Origin: Methylococcales bacterium
Lineage (GTDB): Bacteria; Pseudomonadota; Gammaproteobacteria; Methylococcales; Methylomonadaceae
Assembly: GCA_028688755.1 (NCBI GenBank)
Contig: JAQTXN010000001.1
Coordinates: 1-51,313, forward strand
Direction: 5' to 3'
DNA length: 51,313 nucleotides
Shown: piece by piece, positions 40,476 to 50,200 of the stretch
Layout of the letters: every line of letters starts with the position of its first letter
How positions within the stretch are numbered: the stretch's first letter is position 1
Program-made: the position numbers and the translations under genes
Notes under the pieces: generated by a model
Database searches by the model: none
Seen by the model: the letters and a program-made list of their open reading frames with translations, nothing else
What the model was told of the DNA's origin: nothing

Positions 40476-40599
40476 CGCCAAATCGTGTAAGATTCTGCTT
40501 TTGAAATGAATCGAAACACAGGCAAAGTCTCTAAAATTAGAATGAACAGTGTAACTGAACAGCAGAAAAACGGGCGATTTTCGCTACAAAATCTATGAT
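40476..40599. repeat. Copy B of the direct repeat of about 115-125 bp; contains the recD start codon at its 3' end
   Basis: Same blocks as copy A, with two short insertions. My hand alignment gives roughly 80 percent identity outside the indels. The terminal ATGAT is the recD ATG (40595) plus two nt. Confidence 0.7.
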
Positions 40600-42235
40600 T
40601 GAAACGCAAAACTTTTCCCGTCTGGACACGGCTTTTGCAACATTTTTTAGCGAGTCAGCTCCGATTTTTGAAGCAGAAAAAATAGCTTTAAAAAACTTAC
40701 TCACACAACTTTCGTGGGCGCATTATCAAGGTAATACTTGTTTAAAATTAACCGCCGCGCAAACGCAATTGTTATTTAACGCAAAATTAGCCTCGTCATC
40801 TGAAAACGCAGAAAGCATTTTGCCGTTACATATCGATGAATTTGGGCATTTGTATTTGCGTCGTTATTGGGATTATGAACAGCGTTTGATTGTTAAATTA
40901 CGCGAAATGAAACGAAGTCATTCCTCTGTTTCAAATTTAGAAGAATTGCTCGACACTTTTTTTCCCGTGCTTGACACAGAAAAAGATTGGCAACGCGAAG
41001 CCGCAAAATGCGCCGTTCAGCAAAATTTCACGATTATCACGGGTGGCCCTGGAACGGGGAAAACGACAACTGTGGTAAAAATTCTCGCTATTTTGCAAAC
41101 CTTGAACACGCTAAAACCGTTACATATCGCGCTTGCCGCGCCAACGGGAAAAGCGGCAATGCGTTTGCAAGAATCGATTACAAAAAGCAAAAGTGCGTTG
41201 CAATGTTCGCAAGAAATCAAAGATAAATTGCCCGAAAATGTCACCACCATTCACCGTTTGCTGGGTGCAAAACCACCATCACCGTATTTTCGATACAACG
41301 AAAAAAATCTACTTCCTTACGATTTAATTGTGATTGATGAAGCGTCAATGATTGATTTGGCGATGATGAGCAAATTAGTGGCTGCAATCAAACCTTCCGC
41401 ACGTTTGATTTTACTTGGCGATAAAGAACAGCTTGCTTCGGTAGAATCTGGGACAGTTTTAGCCGATTTGACGCAAGCCTTGGCAGAAAATACCGTTGAA
41501 CTCAAAAAAACGTATCGATTTAAAGAGGAAATCAAAGCCTTTGCCGAAGCGATAAATACAAAAAACGCGCCGCTTGCGTGGAAAATCTCGACACAAAAAA
41601 ACGACGTGATTGCACATTTAGGTGACGATTATTTGCATTATTTAGTCGAAAAACATCACGACTATTTTCATAAAATTAAACATGGCGCAGCATTTGAAGA
41701 AATTTACGCCGCGTTCAATCAATTCCAAATTTTATGCGCTCACCGTGAAGGCAAAAACAGCGTTTCAGATTTGAATTATCGTTTAGAAAAAGCGTTGCAC
41801 AACGAAAAAAAAATCCATTTAGCGTCGAATTGGTATGTCGGTAGACCCGTCATGATTACGCAAAATAATGCGGCACTACAGCTTTATAACGGCGATATTG
41901 GTTTATGTTTGCACGATGAAAAAGGCGACACAAAAGTTTTCTTTCCGCGTCCAGATGGTAGTTTTCAAGGCTTTTCACCTGCGCGTTTGCCGCCTTGCGA
42001 AACCGTTTTTGCCATGACCATTCATAAAAGCCAAGGCTCAGAATTCAACGAAGTTTGTGTGTGTTTGCCTGATTATCCACAAACGATTTTGACCAAAGAA
42101 CTGCTTTATACCGCGATTACTCGCGCTAAAGAACGTATAAAATTAGTTACCAGCGAAAAGATTTTTAATTTTACTGTTCAAGCAAGCGTCACTCGCGTTA
42201 CGGGTTTAGTGTCGCAATTTCAATCTATGCAATAA
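40595..42235 (+). CDS. recD: Exodeoxyribonuclease V alpha subunit (RecD, SF1 helicase)
   Basis: Walker A GGPGTGKTTTV, LIVIDEASMID, LLGDKEQLASVESG, TIHKSQGSEF and LLYTAITRAK. Confidence 0.9.
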   Translation: MIETQNFSRLDTAFATFFSESAPIFEAEKIALKNLLTQLSWAHYQGNTCLKLTAAQTQLLFNAKLASSSENAESILPLHIDEFGHLYLRRYWDYEQRLIVKLREMKRSHSSVSNLEELLDTFFPVLDTEKDWQREAAKCAVQQNFTIITGGPGTGKTTTVVKILAILQTLNTLKPLHIALAAPTGKAAMRLQESITKSKSALQCSQEIKDKLPENVTTIHRLLGAKPPSPYFRYNEKNLLPYDLIVIDEASMIDLAMMSKLVAAIKPSARLILLGDKEQLASVESGTVLADLTQALAENTVELKKTYRFKEEIKAFAEAINTKNAPLAWKISTQKNDVIAHLGDDYLHYLVEKHHDYFHKIKHGAAFEEIYAAFNQFQILCAHREGKNSVSDLNYRLEKALHNEKKIHLASNWYVGRPVMITQNNAALQLYNGDIGLCLHDEKGDTKVFFPRPDGSFQGFSPARLPPCETVFAMTIHKSQGSEFNEVCVCLPDYPQTILTKELLYTAITRAKERIKLVTSEKIFNFTVQASVTRVTGLVSQFQSMQ

Positions 42236-42238
42236 AAA

Positions 42239-43789
42239 ATGAAAAATAAATTAACGATTGATAAACGATTGCGCCAGCGCGTGTTACCGCTGATGTTTTT
42301 GATAATTACCTTGCTAATGTCAATGCTCCTTTTGATGCGAATTGACGGTGTGCAAAAACACAATTTAGACGTGGCGACCGAAGGCGCACGCAACATTTTT
42401 CGGATGATTGTTTTAACACGGCAGTGGAATGCAGATCATGGTGGTGTTTATGTTTTTGTCGATGAGAAAACACCTGTTAATGAGTATCTTGACCATCCGA
42501 AAAAAGTCATTGAAACAACAGAAAAAGAAAAGCTCACGTTATTAAATCCTGCTTACATGACGCGCCAAATCGCTGAATTAGCGCAAAACGACCCCGACAT
42601 ACATTTGCGCTTGCACATTACCAGTCTTAAACCGATTCGCCCACAAAACGCCGCAGATGCGTGGGAAGTTGAAGCGTTAAAACGCTTTGAAACAGGCGAG
42701 CAAGAAATTTCGAGCGTCGAAATTGAAAATGGACAGCGTTATTTGCGTTATATGTCGCCGTTGATGGTGAAAGAAAGTTGCCTTTTGTGTCATGAAAAAC
42801 AAGGTTATAAATTAGGCGATGTACGCGGCGGCATTAGCGTTAGTTTGCAAATGGAATCGATTGATAAATCCGTTCACCATGAAATCGTTGCCAGTGCTAT
42901 TAGTTACGCTGTCTCTTATGGCTTGCTCATTATGATTACTTGGGGCTTGATTGAATTGTTAGCGCGGCGTTGGCGGGCGTTAAATGACAACATCGAAATG
43001 CTTGAAACAACGCGCAACGAATTAGTTGAAAATGAAAAAATGGCTTCTTTGGGGCGATTAGTTTCAGGTTTTGCACACGAAATTAACACGCCTGTCGGTG
43101 TGGCGGTTGGCGCAATTAGTCACGGCGATGAAACCATTGCAACCTTAAAAACCTTGCTTGCAAAAGAAGAAGTTACCGAGCAAGAACTTAATCAACAACT
43201 CGATTATTTAAGTGAAGGGCATTATTTAGCGTTAGCCAATTTGCGTCGCGCCGCCGATTTGGTGCAACGTTTTAAACGTACTTCGATAGATAGAGATTCG
43301 CAACAAAAACGCGAATATCAACCCGCCGAACTCATTCAAGATGTTTTGACCACCTTGCATAATCAGTTAAAACGAACAGAAATTAGCGTCGAGGTGACTT
43401 GCTCGGAAAAATTAAAACTTTACGGTACACCAGGTTTATTAGAACAAGTGCTGACGAATTTAATTACCAACAGCATTTCGCACGGTTTTGATAATGGCAC
43501 CCGCGCAGGTAAAATTAGCATCAATGTGTCACAATCGAGCGCAAATCGATTGATTGTCGATTACCAAGATGATGGCGTTGGTATGAATGAAGATGTGAAA
43601 CAACAAGCATTTGAACCTTTCTTTACAACCAGTCGTGATAAAGGCGGCTCAGGCTTAGGTTTATATGTAATTTACAATATCGTCACACAACAAATGGCAG
43701 GTACCATTCAAATGACTTCTGTTTCAAATGCAGGCGTTCGTTTTCACATTGAATGTCCGATTGAAGCAATTCCCTATAATACGTTATGA
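42239..43789 (+). CDS. Sensor histidine kinase with DUF3365-type heme-c (CxxCH) periplasmic sensor domain
   Basis: TM, then NPAYMTRQI...ADAWEVEALKRF...RYMSPLMVKESCLLCHEKQGYKLGDVRGGISV (DUF3365-like with CLLCH), then a second TM. H-box FAHEINTP. HATPase N and G boxes (NLITNSISHG, DDGVGM, GGSGLGL). Confidence 0.85.
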   Translation: MKNKLTIDKRLRQRVLPLMFLIITLLMSMLLLMRIDGVQKHNLDVATEGARNIFRMIVLTRQWNADHGGVYVFVDEKTPVNEYLDHPKKVIETTEKEKLTLLNPAYMTRQIAELAQNDPDIHLRLHITSLKPIRPQNAADAWEVEALKRFETGEQEISSVEIENGQRYLRYMSPLMVKESCLLCHEKQGYKLGDVRGGISVSLQMESIDKSVHHEIVASAISYAVSYGLLIMITWGLIELLARRWRALNDNIEMLETTRNELVENEKMASLGRLVSGFAHEINTPVGVAVGAISHGDETIATLKTLLAKEEVTEQELNQQLDYLSEGHYLALANLRRAADLVQRFKRTSIDRDSQQKREYQPAELIQDVLTTLHNQLKRTEISVEVTCSEKLKLYGTPGLLEQVLTNLITNSISHGFDNGTRAGKISINVSQSSANRLIVDYQDDGVGMNEDVKQQAFEPFFTTSRDKGGSGLGLYVIYNIVTQQMAGTIQMTSVSNAGVRFHIECPIEAIPYNTL

Positions 43790-45342
43790 AAATTATCCGA
43801 AATACCGAGGCACCGACAGCAAGTGCAGATGAATCCCCGTTGCAACGTGTCGAAACGCCGCGTTACCAATGGAAAGTCTTAATCGTTGATGATGAACCCG
43901 ATGTTCGAACATTGACGCGAATTAGCTTGCGTGATTTTAGTTTTGCCAATCAAACGCTTGAATTTATTGAAGCCAGTTCAGCACGCGAAGCAAAAAATTT
44001 ATTGCAACAAAATAGCGATATTGCCTTAGCGTTAATTGACGTAGTGATGGAAACCGATGATGCAGGCTTAAAACTGGTTGAATATATTCGCAATGATTTA
44101 AAAAATGCCATGATTCGCCTTGTGATTCGAACAGGGCAACCAGGTTTAGCTCCAGAGCGTTACGTTATCGACCATTACGATATTGATGATTACAAAGACA
44201 AAACCGAATTAACCGCTGCGCGACTTTATACAACCGTGCGCTCGGCGTTAAAAGCGTATCGAGATTTGCAAATTATTGATACCAATCGTCGTGGTTTAGA
44301 ACGTGTGTTGCAAGCAACGCCAGCGATTTATCAATTAGGTCATTCGCCATTATCGGATTTTTTTAACGGCATGCTCACGCAAATGATTGGGCTTTGTCGA
44401 CTTTCAACGTCTAGTCATATTGGCTCACTTGAAGGCGCGATTATGATGCTTGATGAGGATGAGCCAAAACTTCGCGCTTCCACAGCACAATTTGTAAAAA
44501 GCCAACGCTTTGAAGAAATTCATCAGCAATGTATTCATGCCATTTTACGCGACGACGACCCGATTTCTAGCCTGCGAAATAGCTCTGAGGTATTGCCGCT
44601 CATTGTTTTAAATCAACCTGTTGGCTATATCTACATTGAACCGATTGAAATTTTGAGCGATGTTGATAGAAATTTAATCCATATTTTCGCGCGGCAATGT
44701 TCACAAGCCTTAGAAAATCATGAATTGCACGGCAACATTTTGGCATCGTTTGACAGTGCCATTGAGATGCTTGCTGAAATTGCCGAATACAAAGATCAAG
44801 CAACGGGTGGTCATGTGAATCGCCTTGATTGTTATACCCATGCCATTGCAATTGAAATGGGCATAGACCAAGAAGAAGCGATTCGTTATGGAAAAGCCAG
44901 TCGTTTGCACGATGTTGGAAAAGTGGGGATTCCCGATTACATTTTGACAAAACCCAGCAAATTAACGGTTGATGAATTTGAAATTATCAAAAAACATACG
45001 ACCTTAGGCGGCAATATCCTCAGCCACGACAAAGCGTTTACCTTGGCAAAACAAATTGCGCTTGGACATCATGAGTTTTGGGATGGTAGCGGTTATCCAC
45101 TCGGCATTAAATCAAAAGATTTACCGCTTGCTGTGCGAATTGTTTCTGTTGCCGATGTGTTTGATGCGATGGTGAGCTGGAGACCTTATAAAGAACCTTG
45201 GAGCATTCAAGAAGCGCGTGATGCCATTCAAGACGGTGCAGGCACACAATTTGACCCTGACGTTGTGAATGCTTTTTTAAAATTGCTCGACAGCGGTGAA
45301 TTTGAACTTGTTATTGCCAGAGCAAACGAAGCGTTATCTTGA
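43786..45342 (+). CDS. Response regulator REC + GAF-like middle domain + HD-GYP (c-di-GMP phosphodiesterase)
   Basis: REC (VLIVDDEPD...LIDVVMETDDAG...K), a central region of about 150 aa, then HD-GYP motifs HDVGKVGIPD and HHEFWDGSGYP. Its ATG overlaps the kinase stop (ATGA). Confidence 0.9.
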   Translation: MKIIRNTEAPTASADESPLQRVETPRYQWKVLIVDDEPDVRTLTRISLRDFSFANQTLEFIEASSAREAKNLLQQNSDIALALIDVVMETDDAGLKLVEYIRNDLKNAMIRLVIRTGQPGLAPERYVIDHYDIDDYKDKTELTAARLYTTVRSALKAYRDLQIIDTNRRGLERVLQATPAIYQLGHSPLSDFFNGMLTQMIGLCRLSTSSHIGSLEGAIMMLDEDEPKLRASTAQFVKSQRFEEIHQQCIHAILRDDDPISSLRNSSEVLPLIVLNQPVGYIYIEPIEILSDVDRNLIHIFARQCSQALENHELHGNILASFDSAIEMLAEIAEYKDQATGGHVNRLDCYTHAIAIEMGIDQEEAIRYGKASRLHDVGKVGIPDYILTKPSKLTVDEFEIIKKHTTLGGNILSHDKAFTLAKQIALGHHEFWDGSGYPLGIKSKDLPLAVRIVSVADVFDAMVSWRPYKEPWSIQEARDAIQDGAGTQFDPDVVNAFLKLLDSGEFELVIARANEALS

Positions 45343-45373
45343 TTTCTAGCCAATAAAACTAACGGAAATTTTC

Positions 45374-47035
45374 ATGTCACAAAACGCTACCATTCTTTTT
45401 GAGCCTGATGCTTATTTGTTGTCCGAACCCAAATTGATGGGGCGACAAGCAGCGGGAAATAGTTTTTTACGCGCCGCTGTTGCAGGGCGAAATAATGAGC
45501 CGCTGTTTGCTTATACGCCACATCAAAAATCGGCTGAAATCTTTGCGAATTTAGTAAAACAAATTGAACCTACTGCACAAGGTCAATGGATTCCAGCGGA
45601 TCGTTTAGATTTACTTTCACAAATTGGCACGCTGTATATGCCAGGGCCTGGTTTAGATGTGGCGGCGAAATTACGTTTAAGAGCAGGGTGCAATGCTTAT
45701 TCACTTGTGGGCGTAACGCATACCACTGCTTCACACCGCGCAATGGATGCGATTACAGGTTTGCTTGCTGCGCCTGTGATGCCGTGGGATGCGTTAATTT
45801 GCACGTCAACCGCCGTGTTAGAAACGGTGAAATTATTGCTCAATGCCGAAATCGAAGCCTTGCGTTGGCGTTTTGGTTCGCAAATTCAAATTACGCTGCC
45901 GCAATTACCTGTGATTCCGTTAGGCATTCATTGTGATGACTTTGATTTTTCAGCTGAAAATAAAGCCTCTGCGCGAGCGGCGTTGAATATCGGTGAAGAC
46001 GAAATCGTTTTAGTGTTCGTTGGGCGATTATCGTTTCATGCGAAAGCGCATCCTCATGCCATGTATCTTGCCGCGCAAGAAGTAGCGAAATCGACGGGCA
46101 AAAAAATCACATTTTTGCAATGCGGTTGGTTTGGTAATGATGCTATTCAAGCCAGTTTTATTGACGGTGCCGCGCAGTTTTGCCCCGATGTTCGTGCAGT
46201 TTTTGTGGACGGACGACATCCACAATTTTCACAGCAAAGTTGGGCGAGTGCGGATATTTTCATTTCGCTTTCTGACAATGTGCAAGAAACGTTTGGCATT
46301 ACGCCAATTGAAGCGATGGCGGCGGGTTTGCCTGTAATTGTGAGCGATTGGAATGGCTACAAAGATACCGTGCGTGACGGGATTGACGGTTTTCGAATTC
46401 CAACCTTTATGCCGCCACCTAATTTAGGTGAAAACTTTGCCAAAATGCACGAAGCAGGCACGCTGAATTACGATATTTATTGCGGTTTGAGTTGTCAAAC
46501 TATTTCTGTTTCGATGGTTTCGTTGGTCGAAAAATTAAAATTGCTGGTTGAAAATGAGACCTTGCGGCAAGAAATGGGCGTGGCAGGTAAAATTCGAGCA
46601 AAATCGCACTTTGATTGGCGCGTCGTTTATCCGCAATATCAAGCTCTGTACGCGCAATTGAAAACGTTACGTTTAACGGCGTTGCAAAATACAGATTGGC
46701 AAAAACAATTACAAACTGCACCCAATGTTGCGGCAAATCGCCTTGACCCGTTTTACAGCTTTGGACATTACCCAACGACGTTAATTCAGCCGCAAACGCA
46801 AGTTGTTTTGCAAGATAGTAATGCGCTGCAAACCTATCTTTCACTTATCAAAAATCCGCTGTTTAATTACGCGGGTCAAATTTTACCGAGTGTCGCAAGC
46901 GTTGAAAAAATAGTCATGGTTTTAAAAACGCCGTTGAGTATCGCAGAACTTTCGCCGCAAAGTGGTTTGGATTTAGGTGCGAGTGTTTTAGCTGTTTCGG
47001 TTTTGGCAAAAATGGATTTGGTACGTTTAAGTTAA
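45374..47035 (+). CDS. Glycosyltransferase, GT4 (group 1) family, with a C-terminal extension of about 150 aa
   Basis: GT-B C-terminal domain with the EX7E motif: ETFGITPIEAMAAGLPVIVSDWNGYKDTVRDGIDGF. Confidence 0.8.
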   Translation: MSQNATILFEPDAYLLSEPKLMGRQAAGNSFLRAAVAGRNNEPLFAYTPHQKSAEIFANLVKQIEPTAQGQWIPADRLDLLSQIGTLYMPGPGLDVAAKLRLRAGCNAYSLVGVTHTTASHRAMDAITGLLAAPVMPWDALICTSTAVLETVKLLLNAEIEALRWRFGSQIQITLPQLPVIPLGIHCDDFDFSAENKASARAALNIGEDEIVLVFVGRLSFHAKAHPHAMYLAAQEVAKSTGKKITFLQCGWFGNDAIQASFIDGAAQFCPDVRAVFVDGRHPQFSQQSWASADIFISLSDNVQETFGITPIEAMAAGLPVIVSDWNGYKDTVRDGIDGFRIPTFMPPPNLGENFAKMHEAGTLNYDIYCGLSCQTISVSMVSLVEKLKLLVENETLRQEMGVAGKIRAKSHFDWRVVYPQYQALYAQLKTLRLTALQNTDWQKQLQTAPNVAANRLDPFYSFGHYPTTLIQPQTQVVLQDSNALQTYLSLIKNPLFNYAGQILPSVASVEKIVMVLKTPLSIAELSPQSGLDLGASVLAVSVLAKMDLVRLS

Positions 47036-47282
47036 TCAAATGACTATGTGAATTGAACGACAAAAACCGCTTTTTTGTACAAAAAGAAGGGGGGGCTATG
47101 TAAAGCAGCATTACTTGTTTTGCACTACCAAATTTTTATTTATTATCTAACCCATTGTATTGTTGGATTTTTATTTTTGATGTGCAACTTTTCTGGAATT
47201 GCAAGAAATTACAAGGTTGGCGTATTGAAGTATTTTATAATGTTTCCTTAAATTTGAATTTTTGGAAAAATTTATAACCGCA

Positions 47283-50200
47283 ATGACAACTCAAACAAAA
47301 CTCGAATTCTTATTCATTGACGCAAACGTCGCCGATAAAAAAACGTTCATCAACAGCGCGGCTTCAAATGTTAAAATCGTTGAATTAAATGATAAATCTG
47401 ACGCCTTAACGCAAATCGCCGCCGCACTCCAAGGCGTAAAAAACCTCAATGCCATTCACATCATCTCGCACGGCTCAGAAGGTGAGTTGGATTTTGCAAA
47501 CGGCACGTTAAACAGCACAAATCTTTTAACCTACCAATCACAACTCAAAAAAATCGGCACATCGCTTTCAAAAGACGGCGACATTTTGCTTTACGGTTGC
47601 GACGTGGCAAAAGGTGACGACGGCGGCGTGTTTATCAATTCTTTAGCGAAATTGACTAAAGCTGATGTTGCTGCATCGACTGATTTTACAGGTGCGGCAA
47701 GTTTAGGCGGGGATTGGGTGTTAGAAAATCAAACGGGTGACATAAATTCTGCGGTTTTAGCGTTTGAGTCTTACTCTAAAACACTGACGGCATTACCAGC
47801 AAATACATATTTCAATTCTGCAAATGGTCATTACTATCAATATGTTGCGACATCTTTAAGCTGGGCGGATGCTAAAGCAGCAGCTGCAAACAGCACCTTA
47901 AATGGATTAACAGGATATTTGGTAACAATTACTTCTCAAGATGAAAGTGATTTTCTTTTTTCAACATTCTCAAGTCGTCCAGACAGTGGCAATAGTTGGT
48001 TTGGCGCAAAATATGTTTCTGGTACTTGGAAATGGGATGCTGGTCCAGAAGCTGGACAGACTTTAAGTTACAACAGATGGCATTCTGGCGAACCTAATGG
48101 TGGAGGTAATGAATATGCCTACTTGTATAACAGAACAAGAACAGATCCCAATGACGGACTCAATGGAGATTGGTATGACGAAGGTGGACCTGCTAGCTAT
48201 ATTGTCGAATACGGTGCAGCCGCTGCGGACACAACACCACCAGTTTTCGATGTAGCTCCAGCCGCGTCAAATGTATTGACCACTACATTAGATTTATCTG
48301 CCAGCATTGATGAAGCGGGTACGATTTACTACGTCGTTGTGCCAAATAATGCGAGTGCGCCAAGCGTAGAGCAAGTTTTAGCGGGGCAAGATTCAACAGG
48401 TACAGTCGCTTTCAAATCTGGTAATTCAGCCGTCACAACAACGCCTTTTACGGGAACCTTTAATCTCACAGGTTTAACAGCAAGCACCGATTATGATGTT
48501 TATGTTGTAGCTAAAGATGCGGCTGGCACACCAAATGTGATGGTTGCAGCGACGAAAGTTGACGTAACAACAAATGCCGTACCAACCATTACTTCACTTG
48601 ACAGGTATTACAACCTTGTTGGCAACGGAAGCACATCTGGTGATTACATTGAATTACCTTCTTTTAATCCAAGCGTTTTTGGCAATGCTTTTACACTTGA
48701 AGCATGGGTTAAAGTTTCGAGTTTGGACAGTTGGGCGCGTATTTTAGATTTTGGAAGAGGTACTGGTTCAGACAACATTATATTTTCCACATCGGGTGAT
48801 GGTAACAATGGACCATTAGCTTTTAGTTCCTATAATGGTGGGAGTGGTATCAATGTACTTGCATCTAACGATGCAACTGGAAAATTACCGCTTAATACAT
48901 GGACACATGTCGCGGCAACTTACGAATACACCAGTGGAAGTACAGCAACCGTCAAGTTATATAAAGACGGTTCGCTTATTCAAACTAACACCTCTGCACA
49001 ACCCATTGCCTCGGTTACTCGTAACTTAAACTACATTGGCAAAAGTAACTGGTCACAAGATGCTTATACAAATGGAAAAATAAAAGATGCACGGGTTTGG
49101 TCTGTGGCGCGTACTGCACAGGAAATTTCAGACAATAAGACAACGCTCACAGATAGCACGGGACTTTACACCCGCTATTTATTAAATGACGGCACTGGCA
49201 CGACTGTTAAAAACTCATCACCTACAGGATCAAGTTTAGATGCAACTATTCACCCTGGTACAGGCGTGTGGGTTTCTAGCACTACTTCTAATGCAACATT
49301 GTCAGGATTAAATGGAATAGAAGAGAATACAGTTTTTCTTAACACATTTTCTATTGCAGATGACGGTACCAGTGCGACCGTTACATTGAGTTCAACAAAT
49401 GGAACATTGCATGTCTCAAACAGTGTAACAAATGGTCTCACAAGCGGAATTAGCAATAATGATACGAATTCTGTCACCGTCACAGGCACTCTCACAGCTA
49501 TCAATGCCACGATTGCTGGGAATGGCATCACATTAACCCCTGACATCACACATACCAGTAATTTCACTTCTGTTATTACAATTGGAGCTGATGATGGTGC
49601 AGGCGGCATTGCAACGAACAGCTTTAGCGTCGTTGTCGCTGCTGATAACGATGCGCCAACCGCAACTAATTTAAGTGCTGCTGAAACATTTGTTGAAGAT
49701 ACAGCGTTGAATTTAACAGACATTGTGGTCACTGATATTGATTCTGCAACTGTCACAGCCACTTTGACTTTATCAGACGTATTAGCTGGAACCATTTCAA
49801 CGGCAACATCTAACTCTGTTACGTCAACATTTACAAATGGTGTGTGGACAGCAACGGGGGCAAAGGCAGATGTGAATACATTGTTAGCTGGCGCAACATT
49901 CACACCGACAGCAAATTACAACCAGAATTTTACAATCGCCACAGCCATTACTGACGGAACGACAGGAACTAAATCGTTCTCAGGTACGCCAGTCAATGAT
50001 GCCCCAACCATTTCAAGCGTACCGAATACAGTTTTAGCTGTCACAACAGGACAATCAGCCGCTTTAGCGGATTTCACCGTTGCTGATGTTGATAGCGAGA
50101 ATTTAACGGTTACGCTGACAGCGACAAATGGCACGATTGGCAGTGTAACGGATGCTGATACAAACGTGGCAGGTATTCAAGTCACAGGTTCAGCGGCAAC

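Noticed and set aside
47058-47080. Hairpin ACAAAAA-CCGC-TTTTTGT after the glycosyltransferase gene as a terminator.
   Set aside because: The stem is made only of A-T pairs, so its predicted stability is too low to call an intrinsic terminator.
154-47111. Numerous 60-140-aa track ORFs lying antisense to or out of frame within large genes (e.g. 154..477-, 4962..5273-, 7035..7457-, 14091..14399-, 22386..22706-, 35964..36305+, 44600..44950-, 45586..45936+, 46500..46844-).
   Set aside because: Each lies wholly inside a longer ORF that has strong family motifs. Their translations are low-complexity or Cys/Arg-rich with no recognisable domains.
47805-48215. Diversity-generating retroelement target (C-type lectin variable region).
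   Set aside because: The window contains no reverse transcriptase gene and no second near-identical template-repeat copy of the lectin 3' region. The domain is a canonical CTLD rather than an Mtd/FGE-type C-terminal variable region.
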